A stretch of 64,000 nucleotides of DNA from an uncultured virus (IMG/VR IMGVR_UViG_3300029305_005079) (Duplodnaviria > Heunggongvirae > Uroviricota > Caudoviricetes). A program made the translations under genes and the position numbers. The stretch lies in the IMG/VR virus record IMGVR_UViG_3300029305_005079. One strand, 5' to 3'. Shown piece after piece: positions 20,390 through 29,175 of the stretch (position 1 is the stretch's first letter; each line of letters starts with the position of its first letter). The notes under the pieces were generated by a model. It searched no databases and had not been told where the DNA came from. It saw only the letters and a program-made list of their open reading frames with translations.

Positions 20390-22180
20390 ATGCCTATTGT
20401 TGGTAACCGCAAATCTACTGCAAGCATGGGTAATGGCTATCGTCATGACTCTATCTCCAGCTTTGCTGAGAGCTTCAAGCAGTGTGCAAAAGATATCTTG
20501 AACGAGAGCGGCGTTGACCTTTTCATGGAGCCCCAGAAGGCCCTCCAGATTGGTGCATCTCGTGCTGCTCTTAAGAATTTCTACGTTGAGAATAGCTACG
20601 ATGCTAAGGAGTTCGAGGAGATCGATCCTAGTAATGCAGCTGACATGATTGAGGATGCAGAGGCTATGTCCGAGGCTCAGTTTGAGAACGATGTAGACGC
20701 AGTCCTCGAGCATACTAATATGGCGGCTATGAACCCCGTTATCGGTATGACTTTCCCGCTTCATAAGAATATCCTTATGAACAACGTTTTCGACAAGGGT
20801 GCTATTCCCAAGTTTGTTGCTCGTGAGCCTAAGTTCACGATCTCCATGGAAGACCGTATCCTTGTTACTCCCGATGGAACTGAGATCGACATGTACAAGG
20901 AACAGTATAAGATTCGCGAAGCGATCGATTCTACTGCTCCCTTTGTAGAGATCGATATGGAACTTCCTCAGCTCGAGGGCGCTACTGACGTACTCGCTAC
21001 TATGGGCGCTACTCCCGAGGATACTCTCTCTATCGATACTTATATTTCCGCAGTTAAGGTAACTGGCATCTACCTCGAAGCTGGCGACATCAATCCTGAG
21101 ACTGGTGCCGTAGTTGAGCAGGCTGGTGCTGTTGACTGCTGGATTCCTACTCGTCTCCACTTTACTCCTCACTACGGCGAGATCGATCGTATCATCGCTG
21201 AGGAAGTTGCTTTCACCACTAAGGATGCTACTGATCCCACTAAGACTGTTGTTATCAAGGACGTCATCACTGGCTTCATGAAGAACAATAAGTTCATGAT
21301 CAATGGTTCTACTGGTGTTGTAACTGCTGTAAGACTGAGCGCACGTCTCGATACTTCTTCCGCTATGGTTAAGACTTGTAGCGTTAGATGGAAGGTTCGC
21401 ACTGACATCGTTGAGATTGGTAATGCTAACCCCATCAATACTACTATCTCTCCTGAGGAAGTTAAGGATATCGGTGCTCTCTACAACGTTAACCAGCTTT
21501 CTAAGGTTCTCAGCCTTATGAAGGTTGCTCTTGGCGACTACAAGGATAGCAAGATCAAGTCTGAGCTCGACAACAGCTTCAGAACTATGCCTGCTGAGTC
21601 CAAGTTCGCTAGCACCTTCGACTTTGCACCTCGTCAGGGTTACGCTCTCGACCATGTTGAGTGGCGTTATAAGACGTTCATGGATTACCTCGACAGCGTC
21701 TGCACTGGCCTGTTCCAGGTACTGAACGATCCTAACATGACTGTTTCTATCTTCGGTGCTCCCGATCTTATCCGTAAGATCACTCCTACCGAGTACACCT
21801 ATCAGACTCCTTCTAACATCGGTCCTGTAGAGCTCGACTTCGTAAAGACTGTTGTTACTTCTGATAAGAGAGTATATCAGTTCATCGCATCTGATAAGCT
21901 CCGTGGTAACTCCAACCTGATCATTGTTCTCTGTCCCAGAAACACTGATCGTATCGTATATCGTATCTACGATTACCAGATGTACGTATCTAATGAGATC
22001 CGTAACATGGCTAACCCTGCTCTTCCTGCTATCCATGCTTTCGAGCGTTGGAAGTTCGTTGAGTATCAGCCTGTTCAGGGTCGTATCCAGATCATGCATC
22101 CCACTGGTCTCACTGAGATCGCTCCTAACAATGATCCTATCGGCGGTCAGTACATGAGCGACTTCAACCTTCTTAAGTAA
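20390..22180 (+). CDS. Probable major capsid protein precursor
   Basis: Very strong high-expression codon bias, own promoter and terminator, acidic N-terminal region with candidate cleavage sites, head-module context. Confidence 0.75.
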   Translation: MPIVGNRKSTASMGNGYRHDSISSFAESFKQCAKDILNESGVDLFMEPQKALQIGASRAALKNFYVENSYDAKEFEEIDPSNAADMIEDAEAMSEAQFENDVDAVLEHTNMAAMNPVIGMTFPLHKNILMNNVFDKGAIPKFVAREPKFTISMEDRILVTPDGTEIDMYKEQYKIREAIDSTAPFVEIDMELPQLEGATDVLATMGATPEDTLSIDTYISAVKVTGIYLEAGDINPETGAVVEQAGAVDCWIPTRLHFTPHYGEIDRIIAEEVAFTTKDATDPTKTVVIKDVITGFMKNNKFMINGSTGVVTAVRLSARLDTSSAMVKTCSVRWKVRTDIVEIGNANPINTTISPEEVKDIGALYNVNQLSKVLSLMKVALGDYKDSKIKSELDNSFRTMPAESKFASTFDFAPRQGYALDHVEWRYKTFMDYLDSVCTGLFQVLNDPNMTVSIFGAPDLIRKITPTEYTYQTPSNIGPVELDFVKTVVTSDKRVYQFIASDKLRGNSNLIIVLCPRNTDRIVYRIYDYQMYVSNEIRNMANPALPAIHAFERWKFVEYQPVQGRIQIMHPTGLTEIAPNNDPIGGQYMSDFNLLK

Positions 22181-22227
22181 TTCTTCTGATTGTTGAGAAA
22201 TCTCATTATAGATCCTTTCAAAAGCTT

Positions 22228-22257
22228 AGAGAAGAGAGTGAAAGCTCTCTTCTCTTT
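22228..22257 (+). terminator. Intrinsic terminator
   Basis: AGAGAAGAGAG/CTCTCTTCTCT stem followed by T-rich tail. Confidence 0.75.
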
Positions 22258-22340
22258 GTTTCTTTATCCTCTCAACTATTAAATAAATTATTAAAGGTGC
22301 ATCACTTTAAATAATAATACTCGACTGGAGGATACAATAT

Positions 22341-23510
22341 ATGAATATTATCGAATATGATTTTAGTTCACTGCTCGAGTCTTTTGAGCTGCTTAAAGCA
22401 AATAAGCAGACTCCTGATATTATGCAGACTATTAAAGGTGAACTTAATAGATTCTTCGAAGATTCTAATTGTAAAGAGGTTATCTTTACAACAAATACAG
22501 ATAAAATGTTTTTCGGTATCAAGATTGTTCCTATGCTTGATGCTGATGATATCTACGATTATATTATTGATGATGAAAAACTTCGTGTGGACAAATACAT
22601 CGTTGAGTTTGATTCTAAGCTGTTCGACCCTGTTATGGATCTTTCTGCTCAAGAGCTTCTTACTCTTCTTATTAGAGAGGTATCCCATCTTGTTGGCAGC
22701 TCTCAGCCTATTGAGGATATGAGAAATGCTCTTCATATCTATCTTGCAGAAAATAGAACTACAATTAAGATATCTCAATCTATTCACTACAAAGAGATTC
22801 TTGCATATGGTCTTAAGGATTATCTTGCAAAAGCTCAGTCTATTTTCTATAACGGTGATAAGACAGATGTAATTGCTGATGAGTTTATTCTTGCATATGG
22901 ATTTATGCCATATCTCGAATCTGCTTATGACAAAATTTTCAATAATAATATCAAGCTCTATGAGAATTGTAATGTAAGTAAGTTTATTGTATTTAGCTGG
23001 ACTCTCGATCTGTATAGAAATATCAGAACTCGTAGAGTAGGAGCTATTAGAACCCTTAATGAACTTAAAACTCTTACAGCATCTAGACTTGAAAGGATGG
23101 AAATGGATAATGTCATTAGACGTATCCAAAGAATCGATGATGATTCTGTTCTTGTAGAAGGTGCAAGGATGGATAGTCTTAAGATTAAGATTAAAGAGAA
23201 GCTTAAAAAGGCAAGACTCAATAATCTTCGTATGATCGATAGCACTTTCTATGAACTTTCTATGCAGGTTAAGAACGTAGAGGATGAAAACGATGCTCTG
23301 TATCTTATGAGACAGATTAATACAAACCTCTCCGTAATTGATGAATATAGAAATTCTACGGATTGCGATGATTATGAAAAGGAAAGATGGAATGCTGTAT
23401 TTGAGAAGTTTATGCAACTTCGCGATAAACTTACCGATACAGTAGTTTATAAGAACAAACAGTACGGATTATTTGTTAATTATCCGGAAATTGTGGAGAA
23501 TAGATATTAA
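22341..23510 (+). CDS. Putative virion protein with degenerate zincin-like motif (REVSH)
   Basis: Late promoter; LLESF and LVEGA candidate cleavage sites. Confidence 0.5.
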   Translation: MNIIEYDFSSLLESFELLKANKQTPDIMQTIKGELNRFFEDSNCKEVIFTTNTDKMFFGIKIVPMLDADDIYDYIIDDEKLRVDKYIVEFDSKLFDPVMDLSAQELLTLLIREVSHLVGSSQPIEDMRNALHIYLAENRTTIKISQSIHYKEILAYGLKDYLAKAQSIFYNGDKTDVIADEFILAYGFMPYLESAYDKIFNNNIKLYENCNVSKFIVFSWTLDLYRNIRTRRVGAIRTLNELKTLTASRLERMEMDNVIRRIQRIDDDSVLVEGARMDSLKIKIKEKLKKARLNNLRMIDSTFYELSMQVKNVEDENDALYLMRQINTNLSVIDEYRNSTDCDDYEKERWNAVFEKFMQLRDKLTDTVVYKNKQYGLFVNYPEIVENRY

Positions 23511-23643
23511 CATCTTTATAAATCAAGGTGAAGCTAGTTCGGTTCATTTTTGGTCACTCCTTTCATGATTATATAAATTTTGTTGCTAATGCCGCATGAG
23601 CAACAAATACACCCAGACTCCCGCCGAGTCTGGGTGTTTGCTT

Positions 23644-24084
23644 TTATTCTACATATTTAGCGATAGCTCTAGGTTTTGTGATATCTCCACCTATGAATAC
23701 AATTATCCATTTAGAGCCTTCTGGAATATATCTATTCTCTTCATCGTGACAATGTTTACAAGTGCATTCATGTATATCTCTACATACACATTCTAAACAA
23801 CTGGCTTTGGGCTGATTACAAAGAGATTCTGGAAAAGGCACATACACATAATTTGTAATGCTGATATTGCCTACATCCAGCTGGCCTTTATTTAGATTCA
23901 TAAGGTTGTTCGTATTCTGTCTTTCATTCTTTTCTATAATATGAGAATTATCCATATTAGGGGTAAGAATCGGAATACACATCTTAACCTTTCCTGGATT
24001 AAATCTATCTATTACCTGCATAGCTATACCGATCTCTGGATACTTAAGATCCATATTATCATAGAAGTTTGCCATATTAATCAT
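23644..24084 (-). CDS. Baseplate spike/hub-like protein (gp5/VgrG OB-fold-like)
   Basis: GKVKMCIP...IPEGSKWIIVFIGGDITKP pattern with a Cys/His cluster. Confidence 0.55.
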   Translation of the reverse strand: MINMANFYDNMDLKYPEIGIAMQVIDRFNPGKVKMCIPILTPNMDNSHIIEKNERQNTNNLMNLNKGQLDVGNISITNYVYVPFPESLCNQPKASCLECVCRDIHECTCKHCHDEENRYIPEGSKWIIVFIGGDITKPRAIAKYVE

Positions 24085-24175
24085 TTTTATCACCTTCCTA
24101 TACACTTCAATTTATTAATAAGTTCAAGTATCATTTTATACGCTAGACAACTACAATGTAATTACAATAAAGGAG

Positions 24176-25684
24176 ATGAAAAATATGTTAATTTGTTATC
24201 ATCATACTGATATGGATGGTAAAAGTGCCGGCTGGCTTGTACATAGCCATAAACCTCAAGGTATCGAAGATCATCCGAAATCTTATATTATGACAGACTA
24301 TGGAGATAAATTTGACAAGCATACAACTAAAGATGATGTATTTCTTGTAGACGTTTCTATTAGCGATACTAGTTATGAAGATTTTATTAATCTTTGTAAT
24401 ACTGCTAGAACCGTAACATGGATCGACCATCATCAGACATCGCTTGAAATTATTGAGAAACATCGTGATGAATTGCAGAAAATTTCGAATTTAACTTACT
24501 TTGTTTCTAAGTGCGCTTGTGGAGCCGCACTTACTTATTCTTTTTTAAATCTGCCTCATGATGAATTAATGCGTTGTAGGCAGATTAATGAAGATGAATA
24601 TTATGATATTTCAGCCAAATATCAGTCTGCTCCTGCAGATAAAGCTACACTTGGAGTAATTATTGTAACTCTTCTTAAACGTAATAAGAAAGATCCTACA
24701 GATTACTACACTGAGAATTTTAATATCACATTACCTCAATGGATTTTCCATGTAGATGATTATGATGCTTGGAAAAAGCTTAATCCTGATTCTGAATCGC
24801 TTAGTCTAGCATTTAATGCTATGGATACTGCTATTTGTATTACAGATACAAACGGACAAGATATCTTTAATCAATTCTGGAATGAGCTTGAATCTGGTGG
24901 TGGATTAAAGCAACTCATATATATGGGTAATATTATTAAGACATATATTGATAGAAGATATGCAGATGAGCTTCCTTCTACCTTCGAATGGGAATACGAA
25001 GGTACTAAGTTTATTTGCAAAAATGGTACTGGAAATAACTGGAACTTTGCAGAATTAATCGATAAATATGATGCTGCTATCCTTTTCAATTATGATGGAA
25101 AAAGCGGCAAATGGGATTATTCTGTATATTCTAGCGATAAATCTAAATTTGATTGCAGCGCTTTTTGTAAACAGTTTGGTGGTGGAGGACATTTCCATGC
25201 TTCTGGTTTCCAGATTAAGGATCTTATTTTCCTCACAAAAACTAAGGTTAAAGAAAAAGATAAGACAATTTTCCTTGGTGGCGTAACAACAAATCCTTGG
25301 AGAGAAAAGTTTATTGCTCTTTGGAAGAAGAGTGATGATCCTAAAACAAAAGAATTTAAGCCTTTCAATCCTATCGTAGATGACTGGAATGAGGAGGCTA
25401 TTAAGAAAGAGAATGAGGTTAAGGAAAATTCCGTCCTCAATATCTTTCTTATTACTCCCGATATCAAGGGTCCGTATTCGTATGTAGAAGCTATCGAAAG
25501 TTCTCATATGACTAAGACTTTCTTTATCGTATGGGATGAAAATATGATGTTTGATCAAGCTATGATGAAGAGCCTTAATGCTATTGGAGATCTTATTGAA
25601 AAGCATGATGATTGCAAATATAAGATTTACACAGGTGAAGATCAGCTTGAAGTTATCGTAAACGATGTAATTGCATTGCTTTAA
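24176..25684 (+). CDS. DHH/DHHA1 phosphoesterase fused to nucleoside 2-deoxyribosyltransferase-like domain
   Basis: HTDMDG, WIDHH and GGGGH; C-terminal IFLGG..WR..FNPIVDDW..YSYVE. Confidence 0.85.
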   Translation: MKNMLICYHHTDMDGKSAGWLVHSHKPQGIEDHPKSYIMTDYGDKFDKHTTKDDVFLVDVSISDTSYEDFINLCNTARTVTWIDHHQTSLEIIEKHRDELQKISNLTYFVSKCACGAALTYSFLNLPHDELMRCRQINEDEYYDISAKYQSAPADKATLGVIIVTLLKRNKKDPTDYYTENFNITLPQWIFHVDDYDAWKKLNPDSESLSLAFNAMDTAICITDTNGQDIFNQFWNELESGGGLKQLIYMGNIIKTYIDRRYADELPSTFEWEYEGTKFICKNGTGNNWNFAELIDKYDAAILFNYDGKSGKWDYSVYSSDKSKFDCSAFCKQFGGGGHFHASGFQIKDLIFLTKTKVKEKDKTIFLGGVTTNPWREKFIALWKKSDDPKTKEFKPFNPIVDDWNEEAIKKENEVKENSVLNIFLITPDIKGPYSYVEAIESSHMTKTFFIVWDENMMFDQAMMKSLNAIGDLIEKHDDCKYKIYTGEDQLEVIVNDVIALL

Positions 25685-25741
25685 GCAATTACATAAACCG
25701 AAACAAATATATAAATTATATAATCTAGGAGGATTAATAAA

Positions 25742-26536
25742 ATGGCATTTGGAAGCACTTATAACAACAACAAAAAAGAAAGTAATGTTCCCGAACTTAC
25801 AGTATACTCTGGTTATAGATTTAATAATGCAGAGTCTAAGATCGATGCAACTTGTTTGACATTCAGATTCTGGAAGGGTAACCTTTGTGTAGGTATCTTC
25901 CCCAGAAGAAATACTGGAAATGATGAAATTTCGTTCGATATGGATAATGGTATCACCATTTATCTATCTCATACAAAGGCTCGTATTCTTAAGCATGAAC
26001 TCGAACTGTTTTTGTCCGATCCTATTACTTACAACTCTGTAGGAGTGCCTTCTGGACAGGCAGCTATTACAATTTCTAATGGTTCCGAGTATGGCAAGAA
26101 TAATCCTGTCATTACCATCAGAAAGGTAACAGAGACTGGCGAGGTCGTAGCAAGCTTTAGCTACGAATTCAAAACCGATATGCATCATTCTATCAGAAAC
26201 TACGATGGAAAGAATTTTGATGCTGTATATGACGATTATAAAAATATCGAGATTGAGCAGTTTATTACTGTACTTGACGAATTTGTAAAAGCATCTACTA
26301 ATGCAATTGCATTTTCTGTTATGGATCAGAGAAAGTATTCTCAGAGCAGGGTTGAAGACAAGATCAATCAGATCTGCGCAAGCCTTGGTATTGAAACTGC
26401 AAGAGCACAGTCCAATGGACGCGGTGGCTCATACAATAGAAGCTTCTTTAATTCTTCTGCTTCCGATAATGGAAATTCTGGATATTCCGCAAATTCGGTA
26501 AGCTATGGCTCGGCTTCTATTGATGATCTTGAATAA
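25742..26536 (+). CDS. Putative single-stranded DNA-binding protein
   Basis: Beta-rich core, G/S/N-rich tail and acidic terminus IDDLE. Confidence 0.45.
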   Translation: MAFGSTYNNNKKESNVPELTVYSGYRFNNAESKIDATCLTFRFWKGNLCVGIFPRRNTGNDEISFDMDNGITIYLSHTKARILKHELELFLSDPITYNSVGVPSGQAAITISNGSEYGKNNPVITIRKVTETGEVVASFSYEFKTDMHHSIRNYDGKNFDAVYDDYKNIEIEQFITVLDEFVKASTNAIAFSVMDQRKYSQSRVEDKINQICASLGIETARAQSNGRGGSYNRSFFNSSASDNGNSGYSANSVSYGSASIDDLE

Positions 26537-26599
26537 TTAAAATAAAAAGAGCTTGATCTTATTACAGGTCAAGCTCTAATCTTTTTGGAGGCATATAAA

Positions 26600-27253
26600 A
26601 TGGCATTTAAAGGATTTAATTCTATTTTATTTGATTTCTATTCACTTGTAGATGCTAAGATATCTCTTATTCATTTTATTAAAGGAGAATATAGAGATGC
26701 TGAACTTAGACATTTGAATAAGCACAAAATTTTATATACAGAAGATACTGAGTGGATGTGGAATCGCCAATTTGGAGTAGAAGAGGTTTTTAAATCTCTT
26801 ATTCTAGACGATGAAGCAAAAACCAGATCTATTGATATCTTTAATCAACTTTTTAAAGAAAATGAAAAAGAAATTCTCGAAAAATATTCTTATGAAACAG
26901 CGATGCCTATTCTAATAGAAGCTTACAAGAGAGCGGGAGAAGGTACTATCAGAACAGCTATACGGTGTGAAACGGAAGCGCAGAAAGCATTTGCACAAAA
27001 GAAATATCCAAGTACCCCTATTGAATTTGGAAAACCTGATGAGATAGATATGGGTAAGTATGGAAGACTTATTGTTGGAGATTATCATGAGGCTCTTAAG
27101 TATAATCTCGAAGAGCCTAAGAGTATTCTTGTATTAAATTTTAGAGAGAATTTTAACGACAAGGATAGTACTCTATTAAAGCCGGAACTTATAATTAAAT
27201 TTGGAGATATACATGATATTGGAGTTATCTCCGCATATAGACCTGAAACATAA
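26600..27253 (+). CDS. Hypothetical protein (possible degenerate HAD fold)
   Basis: N-terminal ILFDFYSLVD. Confidence 0.5.
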   Translation: MAFKGFNSILFDFYSLVDAKISLIHFIKGEYRDAELRHLNKHKILYTEDTEWMWNRQFGVEEVFKSLILDDEAKTRSIDIFNQLFKENEKEILEKYSYETAMPILIEAYKRAGEGTIRTAIRCETEAQKAFAQKKYPSTPIEFGKPDEIDMGKYGRLIVGDYHEALKYNLEEPKSILVLNFRENFNDKDSTLLKPELIIKFGDIHDIGVISAYRPET

Positions 27254-27277
27254 TATAATCATAAAGGAGAATCAATC

Positions 27278-29002
27278 ATGAGCGTTATTATGAACAATGT
27301 AGTTTCAAAAGAAACAATGAGAGAAATTCAGACTAAGACTCTTAAAGAACTTGCTGAAATTCTTAAGCTTTCATTTGGGCCCAATGGTTCCAATGCATGT
27401 ATTAAAAAGGAGAATGCTCTTTCTAGATATAGTAAGGACGGCCATACTATTATTGGGGCACTTCATTATAATGGTATTATTGAGCAGTCTATCAAGGATG
27501 ATGTAGAATCTATTACACGTCATATCGTAAAGACTGTTGGTGATGGTACCACGTCTGCTGTAATTCTTTCTTCTCTTATCTTTGATGAGATTAAGCAGTT
27601 TGAAAAGAGTTATCAGCCTGCATATATTGTAAAAACCCTTCAGAAGGTTGTAGATCAGATTAAAGCTAGAATCAAGGCTACTGCTAAAGAGCTTACACTT
27701 GACGACGTGTACGATATTGCTATGATTTCCACAAACGGAAACGAGTATATTTCTAATACTCTCAAGACAATTTATGAGCAGTTTGGCACTTCTGTATTTA
27801 TCGATGTAACCCCTTCTATTGGAGAAGAAATGGTTATTAAGAGCTATGATGGTATGACTCTTAATACTGGATATTGCGATTCTTGTTATGTAACAGATCC
27901 TAAGAATAATACTGCAGTAGTAGATAAGCCTGAAGTTTATTTCTTTGAGCATCCTGTTGATACTAGAGAGCTTGGCGTATATCTTGATGCTATCCTTTCT
28001 AGAAATATTATTACTCCTGTAAATACCCAGAATTATAGTACACTTATTCCTACAGTAATTTTTGCACCTAAGATTTCTCAGGATATGTCTGCCCTTATGG
28101 ATTCTCTTACTTCCGTTATGGCAGAAATGCCTGTGAATAACAAACTTCCTGTATGTATTATTACAGATTATCATGAAGCCGATCAGCTTGCAGATCTTGC
28201 TAAGATGTGTGGAGCTAAGCTTATCAGAAAGTATATTGATGCAAATGTTTATAAGAACGACGTAGAAAGAGGCGCTGCTCCTACACCTGAAACCATCTTT
28301 AACTGGGGTGGTAAGTGTGATAGAGTTGTAGCATATTCCGATAAAACTACATTTATTAGACCTTGCAAGATGTACAATGAAGATGGCTCTTATAGCGAGC
28401 TTTATAACAATCTTCTTAACTTCCTTGAGATCGAGATTGCAAAGGGTAAGGAGAATGGTGAAGATGGACATACTATCGGAACTCTCAAGAGACGTCTGCA
28501 TTCTCTTAAGGCAAATATGGTAGAACTCTTTGTTGGCGGTATTACTCAGGCTGATAGAGATGCTCTTAGAGACCTTGTTGAGGATGCCGTACTTAATATT
28601 CGTTCTGCAGCAGCTAATGGTGTGGGACTTGCAGCTAATGTTACAGCTCTCGATGTAATTACTACGTATGTATATGATGAACTCGACGGTTCTGAAGATT
28701 GCGATCAGTTTACATTCGATGTAGCATCTGCTATTCTTATGGCTTATTGTGAGCTTGTAAAGACTCTCTTCAATGATGCTGATGTTTATGATAATGAAAC
28801 TCTTATCGATACTTGTATTGCAGCAGCAAAGAAGGGCGAGGTTTATAATCTCCGTACTGGTAAATTCGATACAAATGTAAAGACCTCTATCATGTCCGAT
28901 ATCACTATTCTTGACACTGTATCTAGAATTATTGGTATTATGGCTACTTGTAATCAGTTTATTCTTCCTAGCGCTATGCATAATATCTACGAGAAGAACT
29001 AA
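27278..29002 (+). CDS. Phage GroEL-like chaperonin
   Basis: SFGPNG, KDG, VGDGTTSA, ISTNG and EDA motifs. Confidence 0.92.
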   Translation: MSVIMNNVVSKETMREIQTKTLKELAEILKLSFGPNGSNACIKKENALSRYSKDGHTIIGALHYNGIIEQSIKDDVESITRHIVKTVGDGTTSAVILSSLIFDEIKQFEKSYQPAYIVKTLQKVVDQIKARIKATAKELTLDDVYDIAMISTNGNEYISNTLKTIYEQFGTSVFIDVTPSIGEEMVIKSYDGMTLNTGYCDSCYVTDPKNNTAVVDKPEVYFFEHPVDTRELGVYLDAILSRNIITPVNTQNYSTLIPTVIFAPKISQDMSALMDSLTSVMAEMPVNNKLPVCIITDYHEADQLADLAKMCGAKLIRKYIDANVYKNDVERGAAPTPETIFNWGGKCDRVVAYSDKTTFIRPCKMYNEDGSYSELYNNLLNFLEIEIAKGKENGEDGHTIGTLKRRLHSLKANMVELFVGGITQADRDALRDLVEDAVLNIRSAAANGVGLAANVTALDVITTYVYDELDGSEDCDQFTFDVASAILMAYCELVKTLFNDADVYDNETLIDTCIAAAKKGEVYNLRTGKFDTNVKTSIMSDITILDTVSRIIGIMATCNQFILPSAMHNIYEKN

Positions 29003-29175
29003 CAATATTATAATCCTTCTGTGGATTAAAACTTTGACTGACAAACTTCAAGATGAACGGTCTTTCTGTGATATCTTGTCACCTCCTCACTTTAAAACAC
29101 CCAACCGGCTTCATGTCGGTTGGGTGTCATATTTTTTAGTCATCCGTTCTACCAGTTGTTTGATTGTCCATAGCT

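Noticed and set aside
20291..22099. 602-aa antisense ORF over the probable capsid gene
   Set aside because: Shadow of strong codon bias on the sense strand; no RBS or recognisable motifs
27371..29044. 557-aa antisense ORF over the chaperonin, and similar ones at 13442, 16271, 18172, 22368 and 49673
   Set aside because: Antisense shadows of real genes with implausible Ile/Ser-rich composition
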